DNA of 63,857 nt, the filler included, from Collodictyon triciliatum (lineage: Eukaryota): NCBI GenBank assembly GCA_043381765.1. It is 5 parts of 5 records of this genome, joined end to end, with 100 filler letters (N's around TTAATTAATTAA, not from the genome) between each part and the next. Parts side by side here need not be neighbours in the genome. Positions count along the whole stretch, not along the records: positions 28,352 to 42,415 come from JBHJMP010001875.1; positions 42,516 to 56,579 come from JBHJMP010001876.1; 3 more parts are not named here. One strand, 5' to 3'. The position numbers and the translations under genes were made by a program. The notes under the pieces were generated by a model. It saw only the letters and a list, made by a program, of their open reading frames with translations. It had not been told where the DNA came from and made no database searches. This document shows, piece by piece, positions 34,346-56,679 of this stretch; the stretch's first letter is position 1; the number at the start of each line of letters is the position of its first letter.

Positions 34346-37300
34346 ATATATGGTAATCGATGTGGATTGATGTTGATGTATGCAGATTGATGAGGCCAGA
34401 GTTGAAATGATGAGAAACTATCAGAATTATGCTAATGAATGCAAATAGATGTGAACTGGTAGGAAATAGCACGCATACATCTGAGCGATAGCGTGCAAGA
34501 CAATTAACAGAATATGAATAAACAATTAAAATTGCAGGAGATAAGTTAATAGTATGACATCACATAATTAATGGGAAATACTGATTTTTAAGTTAGTTTT
34601 GTTGCATCAAGAATGTTTTTTTGGTGTTTAAAGATATAAAGTAGATTCTATTAATTCGGATCGGAGGAAGGTTAATTACAACGACGCTGATATATTTTTA
34701 GTGAATAATTGGCCTCAAGAACTGTAATGGTAATGAATTTGTAGAATTTTATATGTCAAAATAAATACTAGACTCGTGTGATTTGTTCTTTATATATTAT
34801 TTTTAATAAATTAATCATTATGCACAATTGTCATAATTCAAAAAATCTGGCCGTGGATAAAGTTGGGGTCTGAGTTATTGGTTGTTGTAGTTTTGTATGT
34901 GATGAGATTATTATCGATATCTATTGATTTCATAGGAGGGAATCCTTAATGCAGTTCCTGTTCCGACCTGACGTGCAGCCAAATCCGACTCGTGTCACTT
35001 CCACGTAACGAAGGCACAACTACGTTGTTGGACTGTAGAAGAAAAAGGTAATTTACCAAAGTATAAACCCCCATCATATTGCACAAATTGGAAGAATTTA
35101 TATTAAAAAAGAAAAGGTAATTCAAAGGCAACTTCGTTAGAACGAAATAAAGTACGAATTGCTTATGCACATGTTATTTATTAAGATACATCGAACGTTT
35201 GGGCGGTGTAGGTGCGCTAAATATAAGGATGCGCTTACGAGAAATTAAAAAAACAAAAAGTATATTGTCATGTAAGTTTTATGTTCAACTTTATTTAACC
35301 AATGCATTTATTATCATTACCATTATTATTGATTTGATTTACGTGTATGAACAATAATACTATTAATGCGTGAATGTTTTGATACTTCTCTTATAAAGAA
35401 CGCACTTGGGCTGTCCTATCACTGTTGGCTAATGAAGACCGAGATTACGCTTGCAGTGTGCAGTAGCTTATTGATATCTCCAAATCTTATTTTGTATCAT
35501 TTGTGAATGGATAATTAAATAGAATCGAATAGTTGAATAAATCACGTGTCTCATTATAATTTTTGTGACGATATGAATATAATACATAAAACAGTGTATT
35601 TATGATTTGTGAAATATATTTATTTGTGAAATTCATGTTTAGCTTTTGATTATGTTAAAAAAATCCAATATGATGAAAGTGAATATCTAATTTTTGTGCC
35701 TGAGGAATGATTTATATTGCTTTATCTACTACATATTGACCTTAGTGATTGATGGCTTACAGGAAAATGATAAGGGCAAATTTTACTAGAAAGAAAATGT
35801 TCATAAAGTCTTGTTTATTGAACCTGTGTTATATTTGATATATTTGTTGATTTTTAAATGGTTGAGTTCGATTATCTGGTAAATAAAAATTTTGAAGCAT
35901 TTGAGGATGAGTTTTTTTTTATCCTTTAATGACGAAAGCACGATTTAAAATAGTTTTCGAATATCCTTGGACACAAGTTAAGCCCATGAGCAGCCTTTCA
36001 AACATGCATTTAATACTTCCGAGAGTTTTGCTTCATATAGCGTCAAGTCGATAGTTAATGGTGTATATATACGCAGTGTAGATAAAATTTTGGTGAATTT
36101 TTTAATTGCAGTATTTGGCCCAAATATATGTATGCTTGAGCAGGTATGACTTGATAGTATTATAATGGCAACCGAATATCTTATTGCTATTAACAGTGGG
36201 TATTTTATGTTATGTTGAGGACGTCATGTAATGATTTTTTGAGTCTATTAAAATTTTCTATTTTATGTGTTTTTTACTGGAAGACAAAATTTTGTATTTT
36301 TGTCTTGCTTAATCTTCTGATGTCTTTGTGTTTCACTACATCATTATTCGTTCAATTACTGATGTATTTATCAAGTTAAAATTAATTATTTTGCTAAACA
36401 TATATTTTTTGGTATTGAGTCAGTTTTTTTTTCTATTGACTATATTCTAATGCACATATCCAAACATAACGAATATGCATCGATACTTGAATGACGACGG
36501 ACGTGATGAGACTATAAGAAATTATTGTAATCGCCTAAGGCATCAAAATAGTCTTTCGCCTAAGTCGACGATATTGAATGTGAGAATGGAAGTCATCTAC
36601 GGTGCTTTTTGGAAATACCAAAATATTTGGTGAAGAAACACTCACTCCAGGTACCTACTCAGGTTTGTTTGAGCTTGATTAAGAGCGGTTGTGCTTAGAT
36701 ATGTAATATTATAAAGGGGCTGTGTAATGTAATTGATTAGCATATTATAATTTTTAAATAAAGTTTTTATATGAAATTTTATTATTAGTATATGACAAAA
36801 TAATATGCTCACAGATTTGGTTGACTTGAGGTATGTTTCATGGATAGCTCTATGCGGATCTGTTCCATAATATGTAATATTAGCAGTGGAATAGAAGTTT
36901 GAAACATTGCTAGTTACTGTGTTTTGCGCCAGCTTTCTCTAGAGTTAGTTATTGATAAATAGTGCAATAATGTAATTATCATTTTTGTGAATATATATAA
37001 TGGTGATATCGTTTATAAATAGATTATATCGAGATATTATCTCATGACTGAACAGCATTAAAACTCACGTTAATTACTCCAATTAAAAGCACAACAAAAA
37101 AGTGTAGATGAGCAAAGAAAAGTGAGCAAAAAAAACGGTGAAAAACAAAAAAACTATAGATAAAAAATAAAGACGACATGTTTCTGTTCTGTGAGTCTTT
37201 TTTTTTGTTTGTTGTGTCGTGCATAGGAAACTATTGGCAAGGTCAATCCATGGGGTTGTGTTATTGCCAGTCTGTCATAGCGGGAGAGAATGATTTGTAC

Positions 37301-38699
37301 AATTATACATGACAAACAACGCATAGCCAATCAAGTCAACGGTGTTCGGCTTCAGGGGTACAGTCACACAACTCCGTTCACACAACTACACAAAGGCCGA
37401 AGTAGATCGACAGAAAGCCTTTATTAATCAACATAGACGCAAAAAGAGGGTGACGATTAGTATTCTCAACACAAGCAAAACACACTTGATTAGGTTTTTT
37501 AATTCATCAATTATTAGGCAGAAATCGCACGAACGAAAGTTTTCTTTTTTTTCTTTTCTTTATGCTTCTTGCTTCCTCCGTTTGGCTATGTACCAAAAGA
37601 TATAATTGCAAAAGAGAAGAAACCCAAAAAGTGTAATACATCTTTCGTTAATAGAATTATAAAGGAGGATATAAGAAATGATACAGATGGATTGAGAAGC
37701 ATTTCAATGGATAATATGAGATGCAATAGAAGACACATAACCTTATTTTTCTTTATATACATGTCCGAAGTGCCAAGTATATAAGCATGCTTTAATTGCT
37801 CTGATTTGTTTAGGTTAAATGGCAAGCCTGATGATGTCGTGAGAAGGTGTGCCCTGGACGACCATTCATATGATTACTGGACATATAGAAAAGGCTCAAT
37901 TGATAGCATCTTTTTATGCACAATTTTGTATTTGGAATATATTTAATAATCAAAACATACCGCATCTTCTTCCAGCATCATCATTTTTTGTTGAAACACT
38001 ACGTTTAATTGCATATGCTATTTTAGTTTTTGCTTGAATCATAATCATCGTAGAGTTTACTTGTTTTCTCTTGAAATTTAATCGCTGAGGGTGAATGGTT
38101 TTATTTACCAATATTTTTTAAACTTGATTATAAAAGCTGACAACCTCTTGATGGGCAACGAAAAGAACTCACGGCCTGAAAAAATTATATTCGTACATAT
38201 ATAAATTGTAGAAACATACTAAAATGAAAATAAGGATTGAATTATTATGATAAACATACCTATCCCATAATCTATCTATCTATCTGTGTGATTTTTTTTA
38301 AAAAAGAGAATGACATGAGTGGTGAAGCGATTGCTAATCATTAAAGGGAAACTATTTGTTGTTTCTGTTATGGCAAAAGTCCATGTATTAATTTTGCTTA
38401 ATTTTTTGATTTTGAAGGCCCTTTTTTAACAAGACTAAAAATATTGAATATGAATCAGAACGAAATAAAGCGTGGTAGAAGATGATAAAAGAGAGTCATC
38501 AGATCAATTTAACAATCAGGAAACGAGAGCAACTGACCAGAAGCTATCCAAGAAAGGGTAATGAGGTAAAATTAATCGTTTGGAACAAACAAGCCTGAAT
38601 GCATAATATATTTGGTCGTAAGAAAAAGGAAGAAATTACGATAGTGCAATAAAATGTGCATAACATGAAGACATAAGCACATGAAGGTAAAGGAGAAAT

Positions 38700-39720
38700 T
38701 TGATGATAAAAAACCACAGAGCTTTATGTGCAATCTTTACGGATACAACTTACACAAATGAAATTTTGGGTCTCTTTTTTTCTGGGGATAAGTTCCACTT
38801 TAAAGCTTATATTACCACACAATTACGAGGTAAGAGGGCGATGCTTGCTATGATGGAAAAAATATCGTCAACTATTCCAAGCAAAAGACAAAAAGGTGGC
38901 AAGTGGACAGAAGGCAACCTTGACTTGCACCGTTTAAATGAAGCATAAACACCAACACATAACCAAATAATCTGTTACCATCAAGCACTTGTGCGGCAAA
39001 AGCATCTATTATCTATGCATTACCAAAATGTTATTCATACTTCGATGAGCTTTTTAAATGACATATTAAAATGGAGAGACTTAAGCGTAGTACATTAGTT
39101 TTTGGCAAATGTGTATGAGGAAACAACTTTGTGAGCTGTGAGAGAAAATCATGGAAAACGCATCGCTTATGCGAGTGTAGATATTGTGATTTGTAAACAA
39201 GAAAATAAAGTCGAAAATAAAAACAAAAATATCAATAACGACGGTGACATGGAGAGAAAAGAAAGTAATCTCATAAGAATATAGAAGCACATCACAGAAA
39301 TGCAAATAATTTTCAAATAAATGAACGAGTTTGCGTCTTCATGAGACATGTCACCAAATATATATGTTGTGGATATAATCAACCACTGGTGCCAATTCCT
39401 GCGAAGGATACAAAGCTGGCGGTACACTACACTCTGAGATTTAGTAGAGGTATACACTACAAAGCGAGATTAAACAAACATGCTTATTTCTCCAGGGATA
39501 CATACACATGATGCAAAGTTTCTGTAGAAACCTAGCATAGAAAGATTATCTACACAAAATAAAAACAATGAAAAAGATAAATATGGCCTTGCCTTTCTCA
39601 TGCAAGCACAAGACCTCACCTACAGGCCAATGCACAGTACATAGTTCTTGATTACAATCTACTTCTCCAGTCAAACAGCAGCCAGTAAGGTCCATGCAAA
39701 AGATGACCAGTGATTTGAGG
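38700..39720 (+). mobile_element. Highly decayed LINE ORF2 3' remnant of the same family
   Basis: 39585-39710 (ggccttgcctttctcatgcaagcacaagacc..tacaggccaa..ccatgcaaa) aligns by eye to 56805-56925. 39450-39500 resembles the 31870-31810 minus copy. Weak ILGLFF and KGG..LNEA remnants upstream; left boundary uncertain. Confidence 0.55.
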
Positions 39721-40459
39721 TCAAATCCTTAAACATGTCGCGCAAATTGAAAGGATTGTAATGAGAAGAAAAGATTAAAGAAAAAGAACAAAGAATTGCA
39801 GTCAGCAGGTGAATCTTAAACAATAAACAAAACCAATGTCACTGTGGCATTAACTCATATACAAAACAACAAAATACTCTGCCGATTAATCAAAGAACAA
39901 ACAACTGCAGATTCAACGGACAATAATGCAATCAGTAAGGATACGCACAGCTTTCAAGTCGATGAATGAAAAATATAACACAGAGTAAAGACACATAAAG
40001 TAGTGCATCTAATATTAAAGCCTCCGTCATGCGCAAAAAGAAAAGAAAACATTGTGTTCATGAAGCTAACATTGCGACTTGTAACCAAGCGAAAAAAATA
40101 TGAAAAATCAAATGAAAGCAAACAGCCTCATTAGCACATAGAAAATAAACACATAATCATCCACTTAGCCCGCGATACATACTCAGCGTCGATTATCAAA
40201 CAAACAGGAGATGTGTCACGCTTATCGGCATCAGCTGGCAAGATTGGTTTATTATTTTTATTATTTTCGTCCAGCCCCTGCAAACAAGCTAGCTATCATA
40301 TGCAGCCTTTCGGTTTGGCGGTCATCGTGGCAGTGCTCACATGCAGTTGCTTTTGTGGAAAGGAGAGTGTATGGAGATGGATGAATGGATTGTTTAGACG
40401 GGGTTGGTGACAGACGAGCCACTTATTGGGTCAGCAACTTCTGCGTATTCATCATTTGC

Positions 40460-42351
40460 TTATCTGAAATCTTTGTATGGGGATGGTCTGCACCAAAGAC
40501 AGTCTTGAAAATCATGTTGGCTTTTTGGTACATGTCCAGAGCCGCTTGGTATTTCCGAGTTCATCGTAAACGGCCCTATGTTATTAAATGAATAAGCAAC
40601 ATCAAAATGGCTTTCTCCAAACACTTTCAGTGTAATTTTCAATGATTTGTGGAAGTATTCCAGGGCTTTGTCATGTTTACTAAATAATGTTTTAATAAAA
40701 GACAAAATGCACATAATCGAATAAAAAATATTTTCCAAGTTGAAGATAGACAATTCCCAATATATTGATATTTCTACTATTTGAACCTAATATAGATAAA
40801 CCAACAGCAGTAACAGAGTCACAAAAATCCAAAACAAATGACCAAACCTTCATCTGTCTCAACAGAAATGCGGTGCAAAAGAATCGGAATCAAAAAGGCA
40901 TTCTCTTGGATTTCTCGAAAGTATTCAACCAGTGCAGAGCCAGCAGGATTTAATTGCTGTTATACATACGCATTAAAATAAATTAAATATTGATATATGT
41001 AATTGAGTTTTATCACCTTAGCCAACTCACGATATACATTTGAGGTCATATCCGTTCTTATTCAGCGCTCTCCAGCATTCATAAAATTCGAAGCGATAGT
41101 TTCCATCCAGCATACTCACAACAACCTAAAGACTATATTACAACACATATCGCAATAATAGCAATCAAAGAATTTCAAATTTTTCATTCTTTATAAAATC
41201 CACCAGTTTATCATATTCGCTCGAAATCCTCAGATTGTGGCACATTTCGGCAACAACACTCTTGTCTTCAGTGTCAGAGCCGTATTCAACCAGCAGCCAC
41301 AATCCATATTCACGTGCTTCATTTGTTGTGTATGCTTCATCCTTAAAGAATCGCTCTTTGATGGATTGTGTCAGCAGCTGGTGAGAGAATGCGTATCTAA
41401 TAAAGACGTTGTGATTACCAATTACGACCATTAAAAATTATATGAATACAGTATCACCTCCCGTTCCTCACAAAGAGCGAATCCAGCAAGACAGAAAGAA
41501 ATGATTTCCTAAAATAAAAAATACGATTTATCAAAAGTGATGTATATATGAATCATATGACAGGAAACGATATAACAGGTCGCATGGTCGATTTGCATGT
41601 GAATTTGGTTAAGTAGATGCTCCATTCATTTATCCAGCTCATTTTCATCAAGACCAATGCGCGACACATAAATAACACTGATGGACAGACAAACAATATC
41701 TTTTCCTAAAATTGCATATAAATCAATAAAATCATATAAAAATTCTATTTGAGATGTATCACAAAACCGTATTTCTTTTCCCAGCCACTCATCACTATGT
41801 CGAACAAATTGACAACTCCTATCGTCTCCAGCATTGCATGAAGCTCGGTGTATACTCTTTGGTACACTCCAAACACACGAAACTCATCCAGTACAATGTG
41901 GAGGTAGAGTGGATGACCTGTTCTCGTATGCACCATTAAAAAAAAACACTTATACAAAAATTGTAATTATAATTAAATCGAATCAAAAGTTACAATCACA
42001 AGTATCACCACATCACTCAGTATCACATCCATCTGTTTCTCGTTCAAGGTTTTGTTGTAGCGCTTGAAGAAAGAGGTGGCTGCTTGTCTGATTCCGACAT
42101 CGTCAAGCTTCTACACAGGAATGACATCTAGCCCTGCTGACTTGGCAACCTATTCAAGAGCGATTGGGTTAATCCAAATGTATTTAATCCTCGAATAAAG
42201 TAACAAATATCCCATAAATCGTGGGTGTCGATGGTTGATGCGACGATGGAAGTGTTCTTTATTGTCTTTTGGGAAGCCATTCAAGGCTGTGGACGTGTTT
42301 GTTTTGCTCTCAATGGACCAAATGATTGAATGCATCGATGACCAAGACAAC
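40460..42351 (-). pseudogene. NACHT-like STAND NTPase-TPR (nephrocystin-3/TTC41-like) pseudogene, 5' part lost at the scaffold end
   Basis: Exons VVLVIDAFNHL..LEWLP (Walker B region), YNKTLNEKQMDVI, TGHPLYLHIVLDEFRVFG, FSHQLLTQSIKERF, TPR KALEYFHKSLKITLKVFGESHFDVAYSFNNIG, VFGADHPHT. Several in-frame stops and frameshifts. Confidence 0.75.
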
Positions 42352-42415
42352 CTGCTTTTTCTGTATTGATAGGTTTTTAGATAGTATTTATTTCTTAAAT
42401 TAAAAAATGAGGTAT

Positions 42416-42515
42416 NNNNNNNNNNNNNNNNNNNNNNNNNNNNNNNNNNNNNNNNNNNNTTAATTAATTAANNNNNNNNNNNNNNNNNNNNNNNNNNNNN
42501 NNNNNNNNNNNNNNN
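42416..42515. other. Artificial scaffold-joining spacer
   Basis: N44-TTAATTAATTAA-N44. Confidence 0.97.
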
Positions 42516-42546
42516 GCTCTTAGAATGGCTCTCGATGACACACATC

Positions 42547-42679
42547 AAAACAAAATAAAACAAGACAAAACAAGACAAGACAAAACAAAACAAAACAAAA
42601 CAAAACAAAACAAAACAAAACAAAACAAAACAAAACAAAACAAAACAAAACAAAACAAAACAAAACAAAACAAAACAAA
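42547..42679. repeat. (AAAAC)n intronic microsatellite
   Basis: Starts directly after the minus-strand donor at 42680. Confidence 0.95.
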
Positions 42680-42680
42680 C

Positions 42681-44418
42681 CGACGCGCCTTGTTGCATAA
42701 GAAGCCTCATAAAATCTAAATGACCATAAAATGCAGCGTAATGTAGAACCGTCCCACCCTCACGGTCGGTTGCGTGAATATCACTCCCATTTTTTAACAA
42801 GACTAATGCGCATTCGGAATGTCCACCATAGGCACACTAAGAAAACCCGAATTACATCATTATACGGAAAGAAAAATCTTGTTGATTTTAAATACTCTAT
42901 TACTCGCCTTATGTAATGCTGTGGCCCCAAAATTATCTTTCTTTGTAATATCAACACCAAAGTGAATCAAGATTTGAATGCAAGATAAGTGCCCATTATA
43001 CGCTGCCTGTATATACCCAAAAGCAAGAGATGTTAGTGAAATGGAGAGAAAAATAACAAACCTTAATGAGAATAAAATTTGGCTAGGATGTGAATGAATA
43101 CAAATGAATATAAACGAATAAAAAAAAAGTAATGGTATCTAATAATATAGAATAAGCAGTCTAAGAAGAATAAAGAGCTAGCGAACCAAGGTCTAAATCT
43201 ACACCATCTTGCACAAATTGGAAGTAAAAATAAAAAATTAAATATGGATAACAATGAATAAAATAGCTGAATATTGTGATGGAATTATGAATATGACCTT
43301 GTGTAAAGGAGTTGCATCAGAAATATCCTTGGCGTGGATGTTTGCACCACGTTGCAGCAATAATTGAGCGCATCGGCGGTGACCATGAAAGCAGGCCTTG
43401 AGAAAATACATGAGTAGATCAGACAGGGTTTCTTTCGTTAGTTGAATTTTATTTTTATTCTAAATATTATGATTTTTTTGAAAAGGAATTCATACTTTCA
43501 TTCAAAGAAAATATATCTCAGGTATAAAAAGCAAACTTTGTGTAGCGGAGTTCCACTGTCCGTTTGGACATCAATAACAGCACCATGTCTGAACAGCAAA
43601 TCTATACATTCCGAATGGCCATTGCTCGATGCAAGATACAAGGGCGTGCGCATTCCTTTGTCGTAAGGATCCACTGGTGACCCTGATTCCAATAGAGCGG
43701 ACAAGATGGGCTGGAATGATTATTTTTTTTTAATTACTCCTCTATTTTCATGACATACTTTAATTTTTTTTTTTAAAAAAAATCAGCAAGTCTTGTAGTG
43801 GTCGGCATAATCTAAACTTTCGAAAGTTATAGATACACGCGCTGCATAGAATTTAGATGGCAATTACAGATTCCCATTTCTGAGGTCAATTTCAACATGA
43901 TATTGTTCAAAATTATTCGGAAACTAATCATTATTATTTTCATGCTATGAACTAACCAAATATCCCTTCATCGCAGCGAAGTGGATTGGCATGCGTCCAG
44001 CTTCATCTACCGTACGAATGCTGTCTCCTTTTTGCAGTAACAACAATGCATTCGTCACATGGCCGTGCATGCAAGCCAGATGAAGAGGACTGGATGTTTT
44101 GGCCTCGGTTGATTTAAGGCCTCGCACCTTTCCTCTTGCGGAGCTTTCGTCAGACGGCTGGCTGGTTAGGCTGTCAGTCTCGCGGATATCCGATACAGGA
44201 CGGTTCAGATTTGATCTGATAGACTCTGGGATGCTCTGTGGCGTGTTTGAATTCGGCTCTCGTTTTCTTCGGAAACGGTCACATTGCCTGTCTTTTGAGT
44301 CCATAGTATTCAGCACACCAGATGGAGGGATTGGATTCCCAATTACATGTCTTTGATGGCTTACATCTCGTTCGGTAACATTACTGCATTCTACATCGCC
44401 TTCCGGCCAAAGTTCCAT
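42681..44418 (-). CDS. Ankyrin-repeat protein (at least 8 repeats), 3'-truncated by the scaffold end
   Basis: SPLHLACMHGH, MPIHFAAMKGY, TPLYLASSNGH, TPLHKACFHGH, TPLHKAAYNGH, TALHKCAYGGH, TVLHYAAFYGH joined in frame. Confidence 0.9.
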
Positions 44419-44904
44419 TTTGGCGTTGTCCGTTGAGGTTAATTGATTATAGGTAGTGTTTAGATGTGCATCACGCGATGAGTTCCCATAGAATGATATT
44501 CTAGACACTGTTTCTCCATTATCCGCTCTTGGTTTTCCCTTTTTATATTTTATTAAATTGAGTGATTTTTCCAAAAAAAAAATAATAATTGCAAGTAGCT
44601 GCTTTTTTTTTTTTATCTCTTGTACCGAAGAATTCCATACGCTTTCGAATGTATCTTAACAAAAAAAAAAAAAAAACTTCAATTGACAATATATCTTGAT
44701 TTAAAGATTCTTTTCAACTTGGAATTGACAAAAAATGTGTTTTTGATTTGACCCAATAGTATTATACATGCCGAAAAATATCGCTATATGTAAATACCAA
44801 ACATAGGAATGTATATGTAAACCTCAACTCGTGCAACAGATACGGTTGTTTGCAGATTTTCAAATGCTTGTCTCCAATATTGCCCTTCTCCCCTTAATTC
44901 ATCG

Positions 44905-54657
<9,753 letters not shown>

Positions 54658-54894
54658 CAATTACCACAGTCTCGACGTTGAACTGGTCAAAGAAATGATT
54701 GGTTAGTACGTCATAGCCGAGTGTGCAGTGGCTCAGAGTTCACTCCAGACTCTACGAGCTTGTCATGACATTGGCCAGGCGAGCAACTCCCCGGTGCGAG
54801 TCAGCCGATCATGAGCCGATTAGATCGTTGCCCGGTTTTGTGCGGTCTCTTCTGCCGCCTTGTTCGCAAAATCAGTCAGCCGTTGTTTGCATTT

Positions 54895-55070
54895 TCGCTC
54901 GCACAAACACAAGACCCAGGCCACAGGCCAAACCGCATGATGCAACTCCTGATTACCGACTGCTTCTCTGCCACCCGGCCACCAAGTAGCATACATGCAA
55001 ACGATGGCTAGCGAGCCAAGGTCGATACATTCACCGTTCTTGAGCTATTGAAAGATACAATAAAAAAATA
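54895..55070 (+). mobile_element. 5'-truncated LINE 3'-end fragment
   Basis: cacaagacccagg..caggccaaaccgcatgatgcaactcctgattaccgactgcttc..ccaccaagtagc..catgcaaacgatggctagcga closely matches 56825-56935; followed by AATAAA and an A-rich tail. Confidence 0.85.
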
Positions 55071-55334
55071 CAATCTGCATCTTGGAAAATATTGCGTATG
55101 CTTGGAGTGTCTTTTTGAGTCTCAGTACTGGAGAGCTATGGCCATCCGGAAAAGCGAGTGAGAAAAGAAAGGCAGTGTCGCATGAGAAAAAGAAAGAAAA
55201 AGGAGGCAACATTTATCAGAGGGTGGGACTGACTAAAGGTTGCACGCCTTGTAGAAAATATGCTCATGTGGGTTGCATTCATTCTCATCACGATACATTC
55301 TATATAAGAATGACTGAGACGGACTCTCTTCCCT

Positions 55335-56531
55335 CTACGCTTTGACATCTGGATGGTAGCTGCTCGCGAAGATAAAGGCAATGGTAACGGAGAAACTGAA
55401 AGCAGTAGTCCAGATTGATGATGATAGCGAGGCAGAGGATGATGGAGACGGATCTGAAGGTGATATGTCCGACGCTGCAATAAGGTCCCATACCGTTATT
55501 CTACTATCGTAACCTCCAGCAAGAATTTGAGTGCCGTTTGCAATAACAGCCACGCTCATTATACTACCGGAATGACCACCACGCAATTCTCTAATCAAGG
55601 CTCCGTCAGATAGATTCCAAATTCTGATAAGAGGTTCATACCCTCCAGATATGATTTTCGAACCATCAGGAGTCACAGCAACACTGACAACATTAACAAT
55701 ATGACCCGTTAATCTGATTATGAGCGAGCCATCAACAATGCTCCAAACTTTGATTGTACTGTCACTACTTCCAGAGACTATTTTCGTACCGTCCGGGGTA
55801 ACCACAACACTATTAACGGAATCGTTATGACCGTAAATAATATTTATCAAAGTTCCGTTTGATGCATCCCACACTCGGATTGATAAATCAAGACTTCCAG
55901 AAACAATCTTTGAGCCATCAGGAGTAACCGCAACACTGAAAACATTATTAGTATGACCACGAATTGTACGAATCAATGTTCCGTCCGAAAGATTCCAAAT
56001 TTTGATACTATCATCTGAATCTCCACACACAATTTTTGAGCCATCAGGAGTGAAAACAAGACTGTTGACAGAATAACCAGAACCAAGCAGAGGGCGAACC
56101 AAACTACCATCAGACACGTTCCATACATTGACTGCGCTATGATAAAGAGAATTAACTCCAGCTACAAGTTTCGAGCCATCGGGTGTCACAGCGACACTTC
56201 GGATAGGATTAATGGAATCGGTCAGGGTAATAATCGTCCCATTAGAAAGATTCCAAATTTTGACTGATTTATCTTGACCCCCAGAAACAATTGTCAAACC
56301 ATCTGGTGCGGTCGAAGCGACACTTCTTACGGACTGGATATGATCATTTAATCTACGCAAAAGGTATTTTTGACCATCCACGCTGCATCCACAGTTGAAG
56401 ACGACGATTACTATTCAATTTTTTGTAATTAGTGCAAATCATCTGGCTTTTTCCATGACATTATGTTCAAAATAAACATGTGCCAAACCAAGAAGCGCGG
56501 TGGCTATCGCGCGATGAGTGATGCCCTTCAT
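55335..56531 (-). CDS. Secreted or surface-anchored 7-bladed WD40 beta-propeller (2 exons)
   Basis: Exon 56531-56489, a 78-nt GT-AG intron (56488-56411) and exon 56410-55335 give MKGITHRAIATALLVIVVFNCGCSVDG/QKY. Seven GH..V.SVAVTPDGSKIVSG..D..I.VW repeats, an S/P stalk and a hydrophobic C-terminus follow. Confidence 0.85.
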
Positions 56532-56579
56532 CTCAATAGCTACAGTTATTTATATGATTGGTTGCATTCAGACTCTTGC

Positions 56580-56679
56580 NNNNNNNNNNNNNNNNNNNNN
56601 NNNNNNNNNNNNNNNNNNNNNNNTTAATTAATTAANNNNNNNNNNNNNNNNNNNNNNNNNNNNNNNNNNNNNNNNNNNN
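56580..56679. other. Artificial scaffold-joining spacer
   Basis: N44-TTAATTAATTAA-N44. Confidence 0.97.

Noticed and set aside
35199-35405. ggtgcgctaaatataaggatgcgctt and ttataaagaacgcac, resembling pogo/Tc2-like transposon ends
   Set aside because: No convincing inverted pair, target duplication or transposase remnant
40460-42351. Stop-codon reassignment suggested by in-frame stops in the NTPase-TPR exons
   Set aside because: All three stop types and frameshifts occur, and intact genes end in TAA, TAG or TGA with no internal stops; this is pseudogenisation
54811-55011. 66-aa ORF as an independent small gene
   Set aside because: Its 3' half is the LINE ORF2 C-terminal fragment
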